64,000 nt of DNA from the human T2T-CHM13v2.0 reference genome, Homo sapiens, in assembly GCF_009914755.1 (NCBI RefSeq), contig NC_060941.1. One strand, written 5' to 3'. Below, piece after piece: positions 53,119 through 64,000 of the stretch. Position numbers and translations under genes: made by a program. Position 1 is the first letter of the stretch, and each line of letters starts with the position of its first letter. The notes below the pieces were generated by a model. It was not told where the DNA came from. It did not search any database and saw only the letters and a program-made list of their open reading frames with translations.

Positions 53119-55028
53119 GAGGGTACTCAGGACATATTATACAGAGTTTCTAGCACTTTAAGTTGGTTATGTTTATCAGAACTAAGTCTGCACAAACATT
53201 TTTCCTCTTACTTGATTTGCGTTTCCTTTACTGATATTATATTGCCTTTTTTAAAGGGAAGATCATGATTATGAGCATATTATACATTTGGTCATTTGTG
53301 ATTTTGAGCAGAGCTGCTGATACACAATAAAAAGGAATGCAGTCCTATTGATCCTCTCGTACTTAGAAAAGGATAGCAGTCCGCTTGTAACAGTTCAACC
53401 TTATTGATATATCATGTGTTGTTACAAAGTTTGCATAGTTTAATTTTGTGAAATATGACAAACTATTGCCTCATATGTAATAGTGACCTATTGAAGGCCA
53501 GAGGGCAGGACTATCTCTTTGGCTTAGAAATGGGCTTCCTCAGAAGGACATAGGTATTGCAGGCTTTAAAGCTCCCCATCACATTCCTCTTGAAGATGAT
53601 ACTGGCTCTGACCGTAACTGCTCCTTGCCCTAAATATTTCCACACCCAGTTGCAGCTATTTATTCATCTTTGTCATTGTTGTTTGTTTAAATTTTACTTC
53701 TGTATTTGATAAGGCAAAAATATTTAAAGATGCTTCTTGTGTTGTGGGGTTATGTAGAAATGATCCTGGTCTTGTCCCAGGGGTCATTTGGGTACAGGGA
53801 AAACTGGAGCAGCATGAAGAAAGACAAAATACAACATTTGAAAGAGAAACAGCCAGTTAAATAGGACACATGTACCATACATGTTTATGTTGTCTCCCCC
53901 ACCACTAGCCTCTTTAAAATAATGGCAAAACAACATAAAAAGAAGGAATAACCCCACAAAGACAAAAGGGAATTGAAGTAGACTCAACTACAATTCAGAA
54001 ATTTCAGCAGACTTTGATTAAATCACAAATGCAGGAGAGGAACTGACTCAGCAGGGAATAAGAATCTACAATATTAGGTGTCTGATGGGAATTTGATAAA
54101 GAAGTAGGCCACCAGACCCTAAAAAGCTCATGCAAACTCAGCCTCTTAGAGAAAACAGGTAATTCCTAGGGTGAGTTAAGGTGTAATACTGAATATATAG
54201 AAAGTGGTTGCACTTGACAGAAAACCTTTGAAATTCCAAAGCTTGCAGAATCAGGTAATGGTCTTTCGCCCTCCTCCCCAACCCAACCCTGACCAAGAGG
54301 CTAGAGTTTCATATTTGAACAAATCTGAGAGGCTCTAAGAATGCAGGGGTGGAACTCAAATCCAAAAATGGAGAATCGTGACATAGTGAACCATAGTCTC
54401 TGTGGTAGACAGACCCTGAGAACAATCCTCTCTCCCTAATAACTACTGTCTTCTAGTATTAGCACTCTTGTAGTACAGTTGGGACCTGCAACTGGCTTCT
54501 AGCCATTTGACTACAACTAAGGCAACCTAGGTATCATTCTTGGCACCTAGAATGGGTGTCAGGAATAAGTCTGAGTCCTGACACAGGGATTCTGGTCAGA
54601 GCACTGAAAACACTAGTTTCTCTTAGGGTCATAAAATTTACCACAATTTTTAGAGTTGAATGAAAACTTGATGTAGAGAATGGTGGCAAGCACAATTTTT
54701 GCATACTGATTAAAACAAGTGCTCTATGACAAAAATGATATTTTTAATCTTAGATGAAAAGTGAGTCAGATATGTTTATGATTAAGTGCTGCCTGTTTCA
54801 TATAACTCATATTTTGTAAGTCAAATTCACCAAGAAACATACTCTTAGATGAAGATTTGTATTCAAAAGATTTACTGGGGACATCTCTTGAGATTGTCAC
54901 CTGTAAGAAACAAGGATAGCAGGAGTAAGCAGAAGGCAAGTTGGAAAAGAGATGTAGGTACAACAATGGCTTCCACCAACCCCACAGGAGCTCCAAAGCC
55001 TGAATGACTCCTTAAAGATGAAGAAAAG

Positions 55029-55328
55029 GGCTGAGCATGATGGCTTATGCCTATAATCCCAGCACTTTGGGAGGATCAAGTAGGGGGATTGCTTGAGTCC
55101 AGGAGTTCAAGACCAACCTGGGCAACATGGCGAAACCCCATCTTTACAAAAAAATCCAAAAATTAGTCAGGCGTGGTGGTGTGAACCTGTATTATCAGCT
55201 ACTTGAGGGGCTGAGGCAGGAGGATAGCTTGAATCTGGGAAGTGGACACTACAGTGAACTGAGATTGGGCCACTCCACTCCAGCCTGGGTGACAAAGTGA
55301 GACTCAGTCTCCAAAAAAAAAAAAAAAA
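55029..55328 (+). mobile_element. AluJ SINE (the only plus-strand Alu)
   Basis: GGATTGCTTGAGTCCAGGAGTTC is an AluJ-type motif. Poly-A tail. TSD approximately TGAAG(G)AAAAG. Confidence 0.95.
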
Positions 55329-57487
55329 GTGAAGGAAAAGGAACTCTTGCACACTGTGGGAATATAAAAGAGTATAGCCATTATGAAAAAAAGTATGGAT
55401 TTTTCTCAAAAAATTAAAAATAGAACTACAATATGATTTAGCAATTCTACTATTAGGTATATATCCAAACAAAATGAAATCAGTATGTTGAAGAGCTATC
55501 TGGATTACCATGTTTACTGCAGCATAATTTACAACAGCCAAGATGTAGAGTAAACCTGAGTGTCCATCAACAGATGAATGGATAAATGAAATGTGGTATA
55601 TACACACAATGGAATATTTTGAAGCCATAAAAAGAAGCAAATCTTGTCATTTGGGACAACATGGATATACCTGGAGGACATTACATTAAATAAAATAAGC
55701 TCAGCACAGAAAGACAAATATTGCATGATCTCACTTATGTGTGGAATCTTAAAAAAGCTGATCTTATTGACATAGAGAATAGAATAGTGGTAACCGGGGG
55801 CTGGGGTGGTTGGGGGAGGAGGGTTAGAGAGATGTTAATTAAAGGATACAAAATTCCATTTAGATAGGAGGAAGTTTGAGAGATCTATTATACAACATGG
55901 TAATGTTTTGGGATTTTGGGGTGTTGCTTTTCTGGTTGGAAGCCTCTGTGGCTGGTGGCACCTTTGCCAGAGCTCTTGTCCTGCATCCGAGAAGAATGAA
56001 GTATGCGGACAAGTGAATAGTGAGGAAGATGAGGAGAAGCTTTATTGAATGTTAGAACAGCCCAGAGGAGACCTGTAGTGGGTAGCTCCTTTCTGTGGGC
56101 AGGTCTTCCCAAGTATTCAGCTCTCAGCAGAGAGGGCAGCTCCTCTCCACAGCTGGCCATCCTGTTATCTGCAGCTCTCAGCAGAGAGGAGGCCCTGGAG
56201 AGGGTAGCTCCTCTCCGGAGCTGGTTGTCCCAATATCTGCTCCTCTCAGCAGGGAGGAGGCCCTGGAGAGCGTAGCTCCTCTTTGCAGCTGGTCGTCCAG
56301 ATGTCTGCTTTGCTGTGGCTGAGCCTGGGGCTTTTATGGGCCTCAGAGGGGTGGAAGCACATGCCACTTGGTCCATGGGCATGCTCAAAAGGCACCACAA
56401 GTTCCCACTCCAGTCTGCAGGACTGGCAGCCTGGCCCCCAGCCCCTTCAGGCCCTCCCTGGGCTCAAGGTCAGGCCTCACTGGGGACCACCCACTTTTGC
56501 CCAGGAGCCTGTCTGCCTCCTGCCGCTGTCCGTGGCACCCAGGCTGCTTGCACCAAGGGGCACCTGCAGGCCAGTGCCTAGCTGCCCTCAGGTACTTCCC
56601 ACGCTTGTTGGTGCCCAAAGTCCAGAGGGAGACGAGGCAGCTGAGGGCTGGTGTCTCAGCACTATCTTGAGTGTGTGCCTACCCAGCTGGGCTGTGACAA
56701 CACTGGGCTTGGCCCCAACCTTGCTCCATGATCAGAGTGGGCACCTGGAGTGGAGAGAGGCCAGACTGTGGGAGCAGGCACTTATGAACCTGTTGCTGGG
56801 GGGCAAGGGGGTCCTTCCTGGGGCCCCAAGAGCACAGAAGTGTCTGGATCCACAGCTGTGCTTGGATAGGCTGCAGCTGCACCCACACTTGGGGAGTTCC
56901 TGTCCAGCCAACTTAGAAGGGCAGGGCTCCCTCTTGTCCCTGGCTCCCACAGGGTCTGTGGAGTGTACAGCTCTGACCATGCCTCTGAAATCAAAATGGG
57001 CACTGACAGCAGGGAGAAACCAGGCAATGGGAGCAGGCACTTCCAAGCTTGTGGGGGGAAGGGGGGGACTTCCCAGGCCCCCCAAAGCTCAGAGACTCCA
57101 AAGTCTGGAGCCCACCAGGGCATCTTCAGTGGAACTTGAGGAGGACGAGGCTTCTGCCTGCTCAGTGGAGAGTGGGGGCCCAGCCATGCCTCCCGTCTGC
57201 ATCCAGCGTCATGGCCATTCCAGATGGCCCGCCGCTGCCGTCAGTAGCTGTAGTTAATCACAGCATATTATATTCTTAAAAATGCTAAGAGAGTGGATGT
57301 TGAGTGTTCTCCCCCCAAAATAATATAATAATTCTGTGAGGTGATTAATGCACATGTCAGTTAGCTAGTTTTAGTCATCTGACTTTGTAAATATATGCTT
57401 CAAAATATCATGTTGTACACAATAATTACATAGAATCTTACCTGTCCATTTAAAAAATAAAAATAAATAAATTTAAAAAAAAGAAAA
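55329..57487 (+). mobile_element. L1MA 3' end interrupted by MER52
   Basis: ORF2 end and 3' UTR (GAGATCTATTATACAACATGG, then TAGTTAATCACAGCATATTATATTCTTAAAAATGCTAAGAGAGT), ending in an A-rich tail. Confidence 0.9.
55904..57243 (-). mobile_element. MER52-like ERV1 solo LTR (~1.34 kb, GC-rich)
   Basis: The minus strand starts TGACGGCAGCGGCGGGCCATCTGGA, the MER52 5' end. TSD GTAA/GTAG. Internal CTCTCAGCAGAGAGG repeats. Confidence 0.88.
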
Positions 57488-59199
57488 GATAACCTGAAGT
57501 CAGGGCAAAGAGAGCAGACCTACTGCATAGATAAATCCCTGGAATGAGCTTTCCCAGGGAGAAAGTATAAACTTGGGTGAGGCAGCTCTCTTCAGCCAAG
57601 GGCCATCCTGGGAAAGAACTCAGTTGTTCTGCAGTCATCGCATCCAACACCTAGAATGAAGACCAGGAATATGTTTGGGTCCTGAATCTGGGATTCTGGT
57701 CAGGGCACTGCAAACATGATTTCATTAAATAATGATCCTCTTATCTTAGCTCTAGTTCTTTTAACTATTATTTTATTTCTGGCTTTTTGAAGCAGCATAG
57801 ATTATAATTGACTCTTCCTTATTGACATTCTGTTAGGAAAGAAACATTTTCTCTATATCTAATTATTTCTAAACATATTTTCTTATGGAGTATCATCCCT
57901 TATCATAAGATGTTTACACCAATAGATGCAAACAAATAGTAAATAGAGTATCTAAAAGGTTACTTTGTTGGATAAAATATTTTATTATTTGTGTTTTTAG
58001 AAAAGGGATCTGCTAAGAATATACTTTTTATTACAATCAAACATGAATGGAAAAAGGGAGAAAAAGCCCTTTGATGTTTCTTGAGTAGGTAAATTCAAAT
58101 CATGTATATACTAGCTAAGTCACAGAGTCCCATAAGTGGAGTCATAAAAAGTAGGTTACATTTCACAGCAACTACTAAAAATCTCTTAAAACCAAGATGT
58201 CTCAAGGGTACATCTTGTAAACTAGCTGTAAAGCTTTCATGGTAACAAGATATGGAACAAATATTAATTGGATAGGAAATGACTCCAACAGGGATTTTAT
58301 TTTGTATGCCTAGTGTTTTCAAGGTGAATAGTTTGCAAACGTTTCTAGTTTTTAACCATAATAAGCAGGCTACAGCTCGGGGCTTTACCTCTTTAAAGTG
58401 CCTATGCCATAATCTGTTTTCTTAAGCATGTGTGTGTGCATTTGTGTATGTGTTTTTTCATTCTGGCTTCAGTTTGATGATCTCTCAGCAAAGCTAAATT
58501 AATGGGCTAAAAGCTTACGGTTTTCTGTTACATAACATCACGTGATTCTCAAACTAAAGAGAATATAATAAATATTTACTTTAACATAGTTAAATAATTT
58601 TAGGTCCAGATAATAGACTCATTTTCTACTCTTCTTGTTCCTTGCACACTGTCTTCAGTTTTCACCTCACTACTTTATAGATTAACTATTTGAAACAACA
58701 ACAAAAAAATACGGCTACTGACACTATCAACTTAAAATAGCTATACATGATATTCTTTCAAAGACAACTTGATCATATCATCACCGATGTCTTGGATCAT
58801 CATAAATAGCCTGAAACCTGAATTCCAACTGAAACAGCATTAGTTCCAAGGTAGATTACTGGACATAGTAATCTATTTTATTTTCCCTAAAGAGAAATTG
58901 GAATTTGATTTTTATTTTTAATTGATTGAAAGAAGAGTTTCATATTTTTTCTCAAATACTCTGAATGCATTGATGAAATACTGTCAACAGCTGGTGGAAA
59001 ACTCCCACCAAAAATTAGTTCCATAGTGAAACACTGCATTTGACTATTTCCAAGAATCCATAACCTTTATCTTGCTGATGATAGGGAATTGAGCACTCGG
59101 GATATTGAGATAAAATAATTTCCTAGGCGTTGCTCTAGGGGGGAAAATATATTTCCATCGGGCCCAGAGTTGTTGGAAAGAAAACAAAGATAAAATTTC

Positions 59200-59460
59200 C
59201 TAGTATATTCTTCTCACTCCTAAAATTTAAAAATCCACAGTAATTCTCTAACCCCTTACACTGTTTTATTTTGATTCAAAATATCTTATTTATATTATAT
59301 TGCATATATGTATTTATTTGACTTATTATTGTTTTCTCGATAGAATATAAATTCTAGAAAAAGGAGAAACCTTGTCAGTTGGTTTACCATGGAATCTCCA
59401 GTACCCAGAATGGTGCATAATATATTGAAGATGCATAAAAAATACTTATTAAATAATGAT
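59200..59460 (+). mobile_element. L2 3' end fragment
   Basis: TAGAATATAAATTC...CCAGTACCCAGAATGGTGC...AAATACTTATTAAATAATGATGA. Confidence 0.6.
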
Positions 59461-59644
59461 GAGATAAATTCTGATCTAAATTATTCCTGCCATCACGTAA
59501 ATGCACATGAACATTTAGCCTCCTGGTAATTTTTTATATACCATTGATGATGAGCATCTGGCTGTTAGAAAGTCATTTTTTTACAATTACTAAATTGTAT
59601 GCTGATAAGAATTAAGTCCTATTAAGGACTTTTTGTATTTACGT

Positions 59645-60200
59645 TGGTGGCTAAGAGCTCAAGATCTGAAGTCAGAATGCTTCACTTACATATTAACTCC
59701 ACTGCTAACTAGCTGGTGGCATTGAGCAAATCATCTCATGGAATGGATTTTGTCTGTGCCACCAACAAGATCTCCTTTTCTGAGCCAGTGTCCCCAGCTA
59801 CTGTGAGCATTAGCCACTAATACCACAAAGCTGCCCCTTCTCTGTAGAACTGCCTTCAGATAAGTGAGAGCCATCTCACCTGATGGTTGAGATGGCGACA
59901 TATAAGACTAGTGCTCATGCTTCAAATTAAGTCCATCTCTGGGCTGTAATTTATGCCCCAGAAGGCCACTAAGGATCATGTTAAAATTCATCTCTGGGCG
60001 ACACCACATTCTTGATTGGCTCTTTTTTTTCCTTCCTTTCTTAATTTGTTCACCCCTGTTCTGAGAGCACTCCTCCATAAATTACATACACCAGAATCCT
60101 TGTTTCAGGCTCTCTTTCTATTCAATAAAACCTATATGACACATAACTTCTCCATGCCTTAGTTTTTGCCACTCTGAATTTGGGAGAAATAATAGGTTTA
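59645..60200 (+). mobile_element. MIR split by an LTR16/LTR33-like ERVL LTR (about 59739-60140)
   Basis: MIR 5' part GGTGGCTAAGAGC...CTAGCTGG...GAGCAAATC. LTR body CCCCAGCTACTGTGAGC...GAGAGCACTCCTCCATAAAT...TTTCAGGCTCTC. MIR resumes TAACTTCTCCATGCCTTAGTTT. Confidence 0.65.
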
Positions 60201-61649
60201 CTTTTATTATAAATACATAATATCCCTAAATAAATGTAATAGGATATGATGATCATCACTTTTTTGTTCTCTATGTTTTCTTGTTTTTCTTCTAGGCTGT
60301 AGAATTTAACTTTTTTTTTTCATTGACTCTTTTCCACCTTAGTCTTTTTAAAAAAACACTCTTATTTGGATAATGATGATGCATCCAATGTTTCAACAAT
60401 ATGATAACCTTCCAATAGATTTAGACTTTTGCTATCATTGGGACCTTAACGTTGTCATTTCACAAAATTATTTTCTGAGTTCCCAACATAGGTAAATTGT
60501 ATATCATTTCCTGTGTTCTCCAAGAAATGGTCTAGAACCAACCACCATTGGAGCATGAACTCATTATTAGAAAAGCGTATTACCCTGACAATTAGAAAAA
60601 AATACATATAGTGAGCTGCAGCCAAGAAAGTAATTACATTTATTTTTATCACTGGAAAACAATGAGTGGCAGAAATGTCTCTAGTGGGCTTGAACTACAT
60701 ATATACAGCAATGTCATAAAGTAATTCTTTATGTCCAGCTTGATTTATGTTCATAAGACCAAAGACATAATATGAGCATTATCGGAAAAATGAGTTTTAA
60801 TAGCATGGAGTCTACAAGAGATTCCCCATAGTTGAATTTCTTAATATCTGCCTTTGGTCAGCTTTTGGAGATGTTAAAATTTGAGCCGCTCAGTGTGCTC
60901 TTTTTTGACTTCTTCTCAATGTAAACATTCAAATAAGGGAGCAACTGGATGTGTTTGGGGAGGTTTTTTTTTCCTACTTTTGTTTTATTTTTCAACAGAT
61001 GTGAGACTACAGCCATCATCAAAATGTCAATATAAGCAATTTTGTTAGATCAATGGACAATAGGAATTTTAGATCCATATCACTACAATTGTAATACCAT
61101 TTGTAATGTTACTTCTTATTAGAATTTCCTAGCAATCATCATTCATCTAATAGAGGGATTTTTTAAGAATCCAAGAAGAACAAAAATATTCATAAGCCAA
61201 TAGAAGCAAATGGTATAAATGATATATATTTCACCACAAAAAATGAATAATGCACCACTTCCTAAATCATGTGCAGTGACTACATTTTATTTGAGCAATG
61301 AAGAGGCATTTTCCTTCCATTTTTTCTTTTGGAAAAAGTATTATGTGAGATTATGTTTTTTTTTATAATATGAAAATACTGAACTACTTAGAAGTAATAA
61401 GATACATTATGTTTTGGTTTAGGTTAAAATCGTGCAGTTATTGCTAAGATTAATTGGTAGATTAAGATGGAGAGCTAAATGAGAATTTAAGCATTTGCTG
61501 CTTATTTTGACACGTCTTTATTCTTAGGCCTCTGTACAAACTCTTATTCCCAGCCTTCTAAGTCAAAATCCTTTAAAAAGATCCTCTGCTTATCACATAC
61601 AGTATTCACTTTGAGACTTAATCTATTTTTTCTTATATTATCATTTTAA

Positions 61650-62250
61650 TAAAATATTGATAAAGCAGACACAGTTGATCTTATGACAGTCATCACATTT
61701 ATGCTTTGCTTTCTGTTTTTAATTCCCCTTTTATATATTCTGTTTTTAAAAATTTTTGATTATAATGTTTTGTTTGTGGCTTTTTTCTGATAATTTGGAA
61801 AGCATTTTAATAGTTAAGTATAATTATATATAGTACATTATACATGATGCAGTTTATATTCTATATCTTTACACAATATATACTGATTTCTTCTATTAGC
61901 AATAAGATAAACAATATTTCCATTTAGACATTTACTTGCCACTCAAATCTTCAGTTATTTTTGTGTTCTATTTTATACCTTAACATATACATCTTTTGCA
62001 TTATTGATCACTTTCAGATGATACCAGACTAACCTAATAAATAAAACAAAAAATATTATAAATGTTCTCAACCCCAATTTTTCCCCCACCCCCTCCCAAC
62101 TTGGTTTTCATTTCATTGTTTCTGTGCTGTTTGGTCTATATCTACTTTCTGTCTATAACTACAATTGTCCATTTGTTTTAACCTTGGGACTATAGTTAAT
62201 TTGAATTCAGTGCTCACAGAGAGTATTTTTGACTTAAAAACACATTATTC
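61650..62250 (-). mobile_element. Very old L1ME-like 3' fragment
   Basis: T-rich antisense L1 3'-like sequence (TTGGTCTATATCTACTTTCTGTCT...CATTTGTTTT). Heavily decayed. Confidence 0.4.
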
Positions 62251-64000
62251 ATCTTTTTATTGACCAGTGTTCATTTTTCTTTCACTGGGCATGGTTAACT
62301 CTAGATATGATTCTCTAAACTGCTGTAGTGATGATTTGTCTTTGTTGGAAACCTTCCTAAAGACAAGCTGACACTCTGAGAATGGAAGTGTGTCAGATGA
62401 GCTGGAAAGAATCTGACCTGATATTGTTGAAAATTGATCCAACCCCACCCTAGGATTTTCTTATTTCTAAATTGTTGGTGATTTTTTTTTCGGTCTTTTT
62501 ATTCAAACCAATTTGAGGTGTGATTTTTTTCTTTACATGCACTGATGTAATTATATTTTCTGGAATAAATTGTCAAGACTGTACAACTGATAATAAAAGA
62601 CGATTTACAGATCTAGGTCTTTTGTTTCCAAAAGTTTATGTTCTTCACATTAATTAATAATATTACTCATTTAGATGGGATGTAATTATTTTAACAGAAG
62701 TATTTCAATTTATCTTACCAAAATACATCTTTATCCAGTAAAATACCACTTTTTACGTCTGTTCACATTTGCTTCAGTAGACCTTAAATTTCTTGTCAAC
62801 TTTTTTATCACAGTTTGTTTTTTTCTTCTCGTGCATTTCCCCCAGAAAAGTCCTACAATTGCAAAATAGTGCTTTATTTTGTTTTCCAGGGAGACATATT
62901 CTCCTATCGTCATTTTAGCTCTAAAATAAACTTACTGAAAGAATGTGCATAAAGCAAGTGGTATACGAAACTCAGATTTTAAAGATGTTTGTTTGCATTT
63001 CTTGTTTATGAAAGTGTTATTCTGGAGAAATAGACAGTAGTGCTTAGTCCGTTTACTTTTTAAATATTTTCATGTTAATATGACTAAAAACAATACAGAA
63101 GTTTATGGTTATTTCAGATATTTGATAAGACAGTTCTTTCTAGACATGCTAGTTTTAATGAAGGCGGCAGTGAAAAAAATCCTACTAATTTTTTAAGTTA
63201 GGAAAAAGCCCATTATCTGTATTTTGTTGTAATCCTTTGTAAGATGAGAAAAATTTAATAATTTAAACGTATCTTTTAACTTTTAAGATATCCTGGACAA
63301 ATATATAAATCCTGGACAAGATTTATATATTGGTTTTTCCTTTTCAAATCACATAAAGTATAGAACACTTAAGTAGCCCACGAATTGGGATATCAAAGGT
63401 AGAGAAATGAAATTTATTTACTGGCTAAATGGACTCATCAACAATAAGCAAACATGTACAAACTTAACATTAGCATCTCTTTGGACATCACAATGTCTTA
63501 AGATTTATATATCTTAAGGAGGGTCATTGGACCCTCCTTTCATAGTTATGATTAGGTAAATGATTTTATCACAAATATTAAAAAGGAATAACTCTGGTAA
63601 AATTTATATGAATTAGGAAAATAATTTACAGAATGCAGGAAAATATGGTCTGGCATTGTGAACGTGAATTTTTTTATCTTTTAAATTTAAAAAGACTTTG
63701 CTTTCTCTTAGCCTCTTCATCTCAGTTTTATGGGTTTGGAAGGGCACATATGTTCTTTTCTATCATGAGGAAATTTAACTTTGTCTTGTTTTTCCTAAGC
63801 TTTTTAAATATGTAGGACAATAACATTTGTTGCTATGAGCTTTGAAATGAAGATTTATACCCTGCTTTTGGAGGTCAGAATATATCACCCAAGCTCTTAT
63901 CAAAAGCCAACAAATGGAAACTCTATAGCAACAATAAAACTGAACCTTCATTATTCTCTTGATAAAAAAAAGGTATATATGTTCTCTGCACTTAATAATT

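Larger units (their letters stand above)
54812..57716 (-). mobile_element. LTR16-like ERVL LTR split in two (about 54812-55019 and 57488-57716) by a ~2.5-kb nested insertion
   Basis: The left part ends CCAACCCCACAGGAGCTCC...CCTTAAAGAT. The right part continues AACTTGGGTGAGGCAGCTCTCTTCAGCCAAGGGC, colinear with recalled LTR16 consensus. Confidence 0.7.

Noticed and set aside
56283-57257. 324-aa ORF, the longest in the window, and the ORFs overlapping it
   Set aside because: It lies almost entirely within the GC-rich MER52 LTR, antisense, starts at a non-ATG codon and has no recognisable domain. Stop-poor composition explains its length.
59870-59896. 9-bp perfect stem GCCATCTCA/TGAGATGGC
   Set aside because: It is short and inside an LTR fossil, at most a small repair scar.
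60455-60652. Minus-strand ORF with an acceptor-like TTTTTTCTAATTGTCAG
   Set aside because: No recognisable protein, the frame stops before any good donor, and there are no companion exons.

Overview
This is AT-rich, CpG-poor primate (probably human) genomic DNA that reads as intergenic or deep intronic. I find no credible protein-coding gene, tRNA, rRNA, snRNA copy, CRISPR array or CpG island. Nearly every ORF in the track is an Alu, L1, LTR or microsatellite translation, or a chance ORF. A large fraction of the window is fossil transposons: 8 Alus (7 on the minus strand), L1PA, L1MA-ME and HAL1-like fragments, ERVL/MaLR/ERV1 LTRs, hAT and Tigger DNA transposons, MIR and L2. Several are nested three levels deep. 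The observations most worth checking are: (1) a 32-bp pre-miRNA-sized fold-back at 25189-25263 in apparently unique DNA, with a template-switch signature; (2) an AluY with no TSD and lopsided CpG decay, suggesting an Alu-Alu recombination deletion; (3) a twin-primed L1 inversion; (4) an L1 deletion junction with serial templated inserts; (5) several candidate non-coding exons and enhancer-like unique segments. I see no evidence of a new biological system. Repeat subfamily names come from recalled consensus sequences and need RepeatMasker/Dfam confirmation. Boundaries of old elements are approximate.
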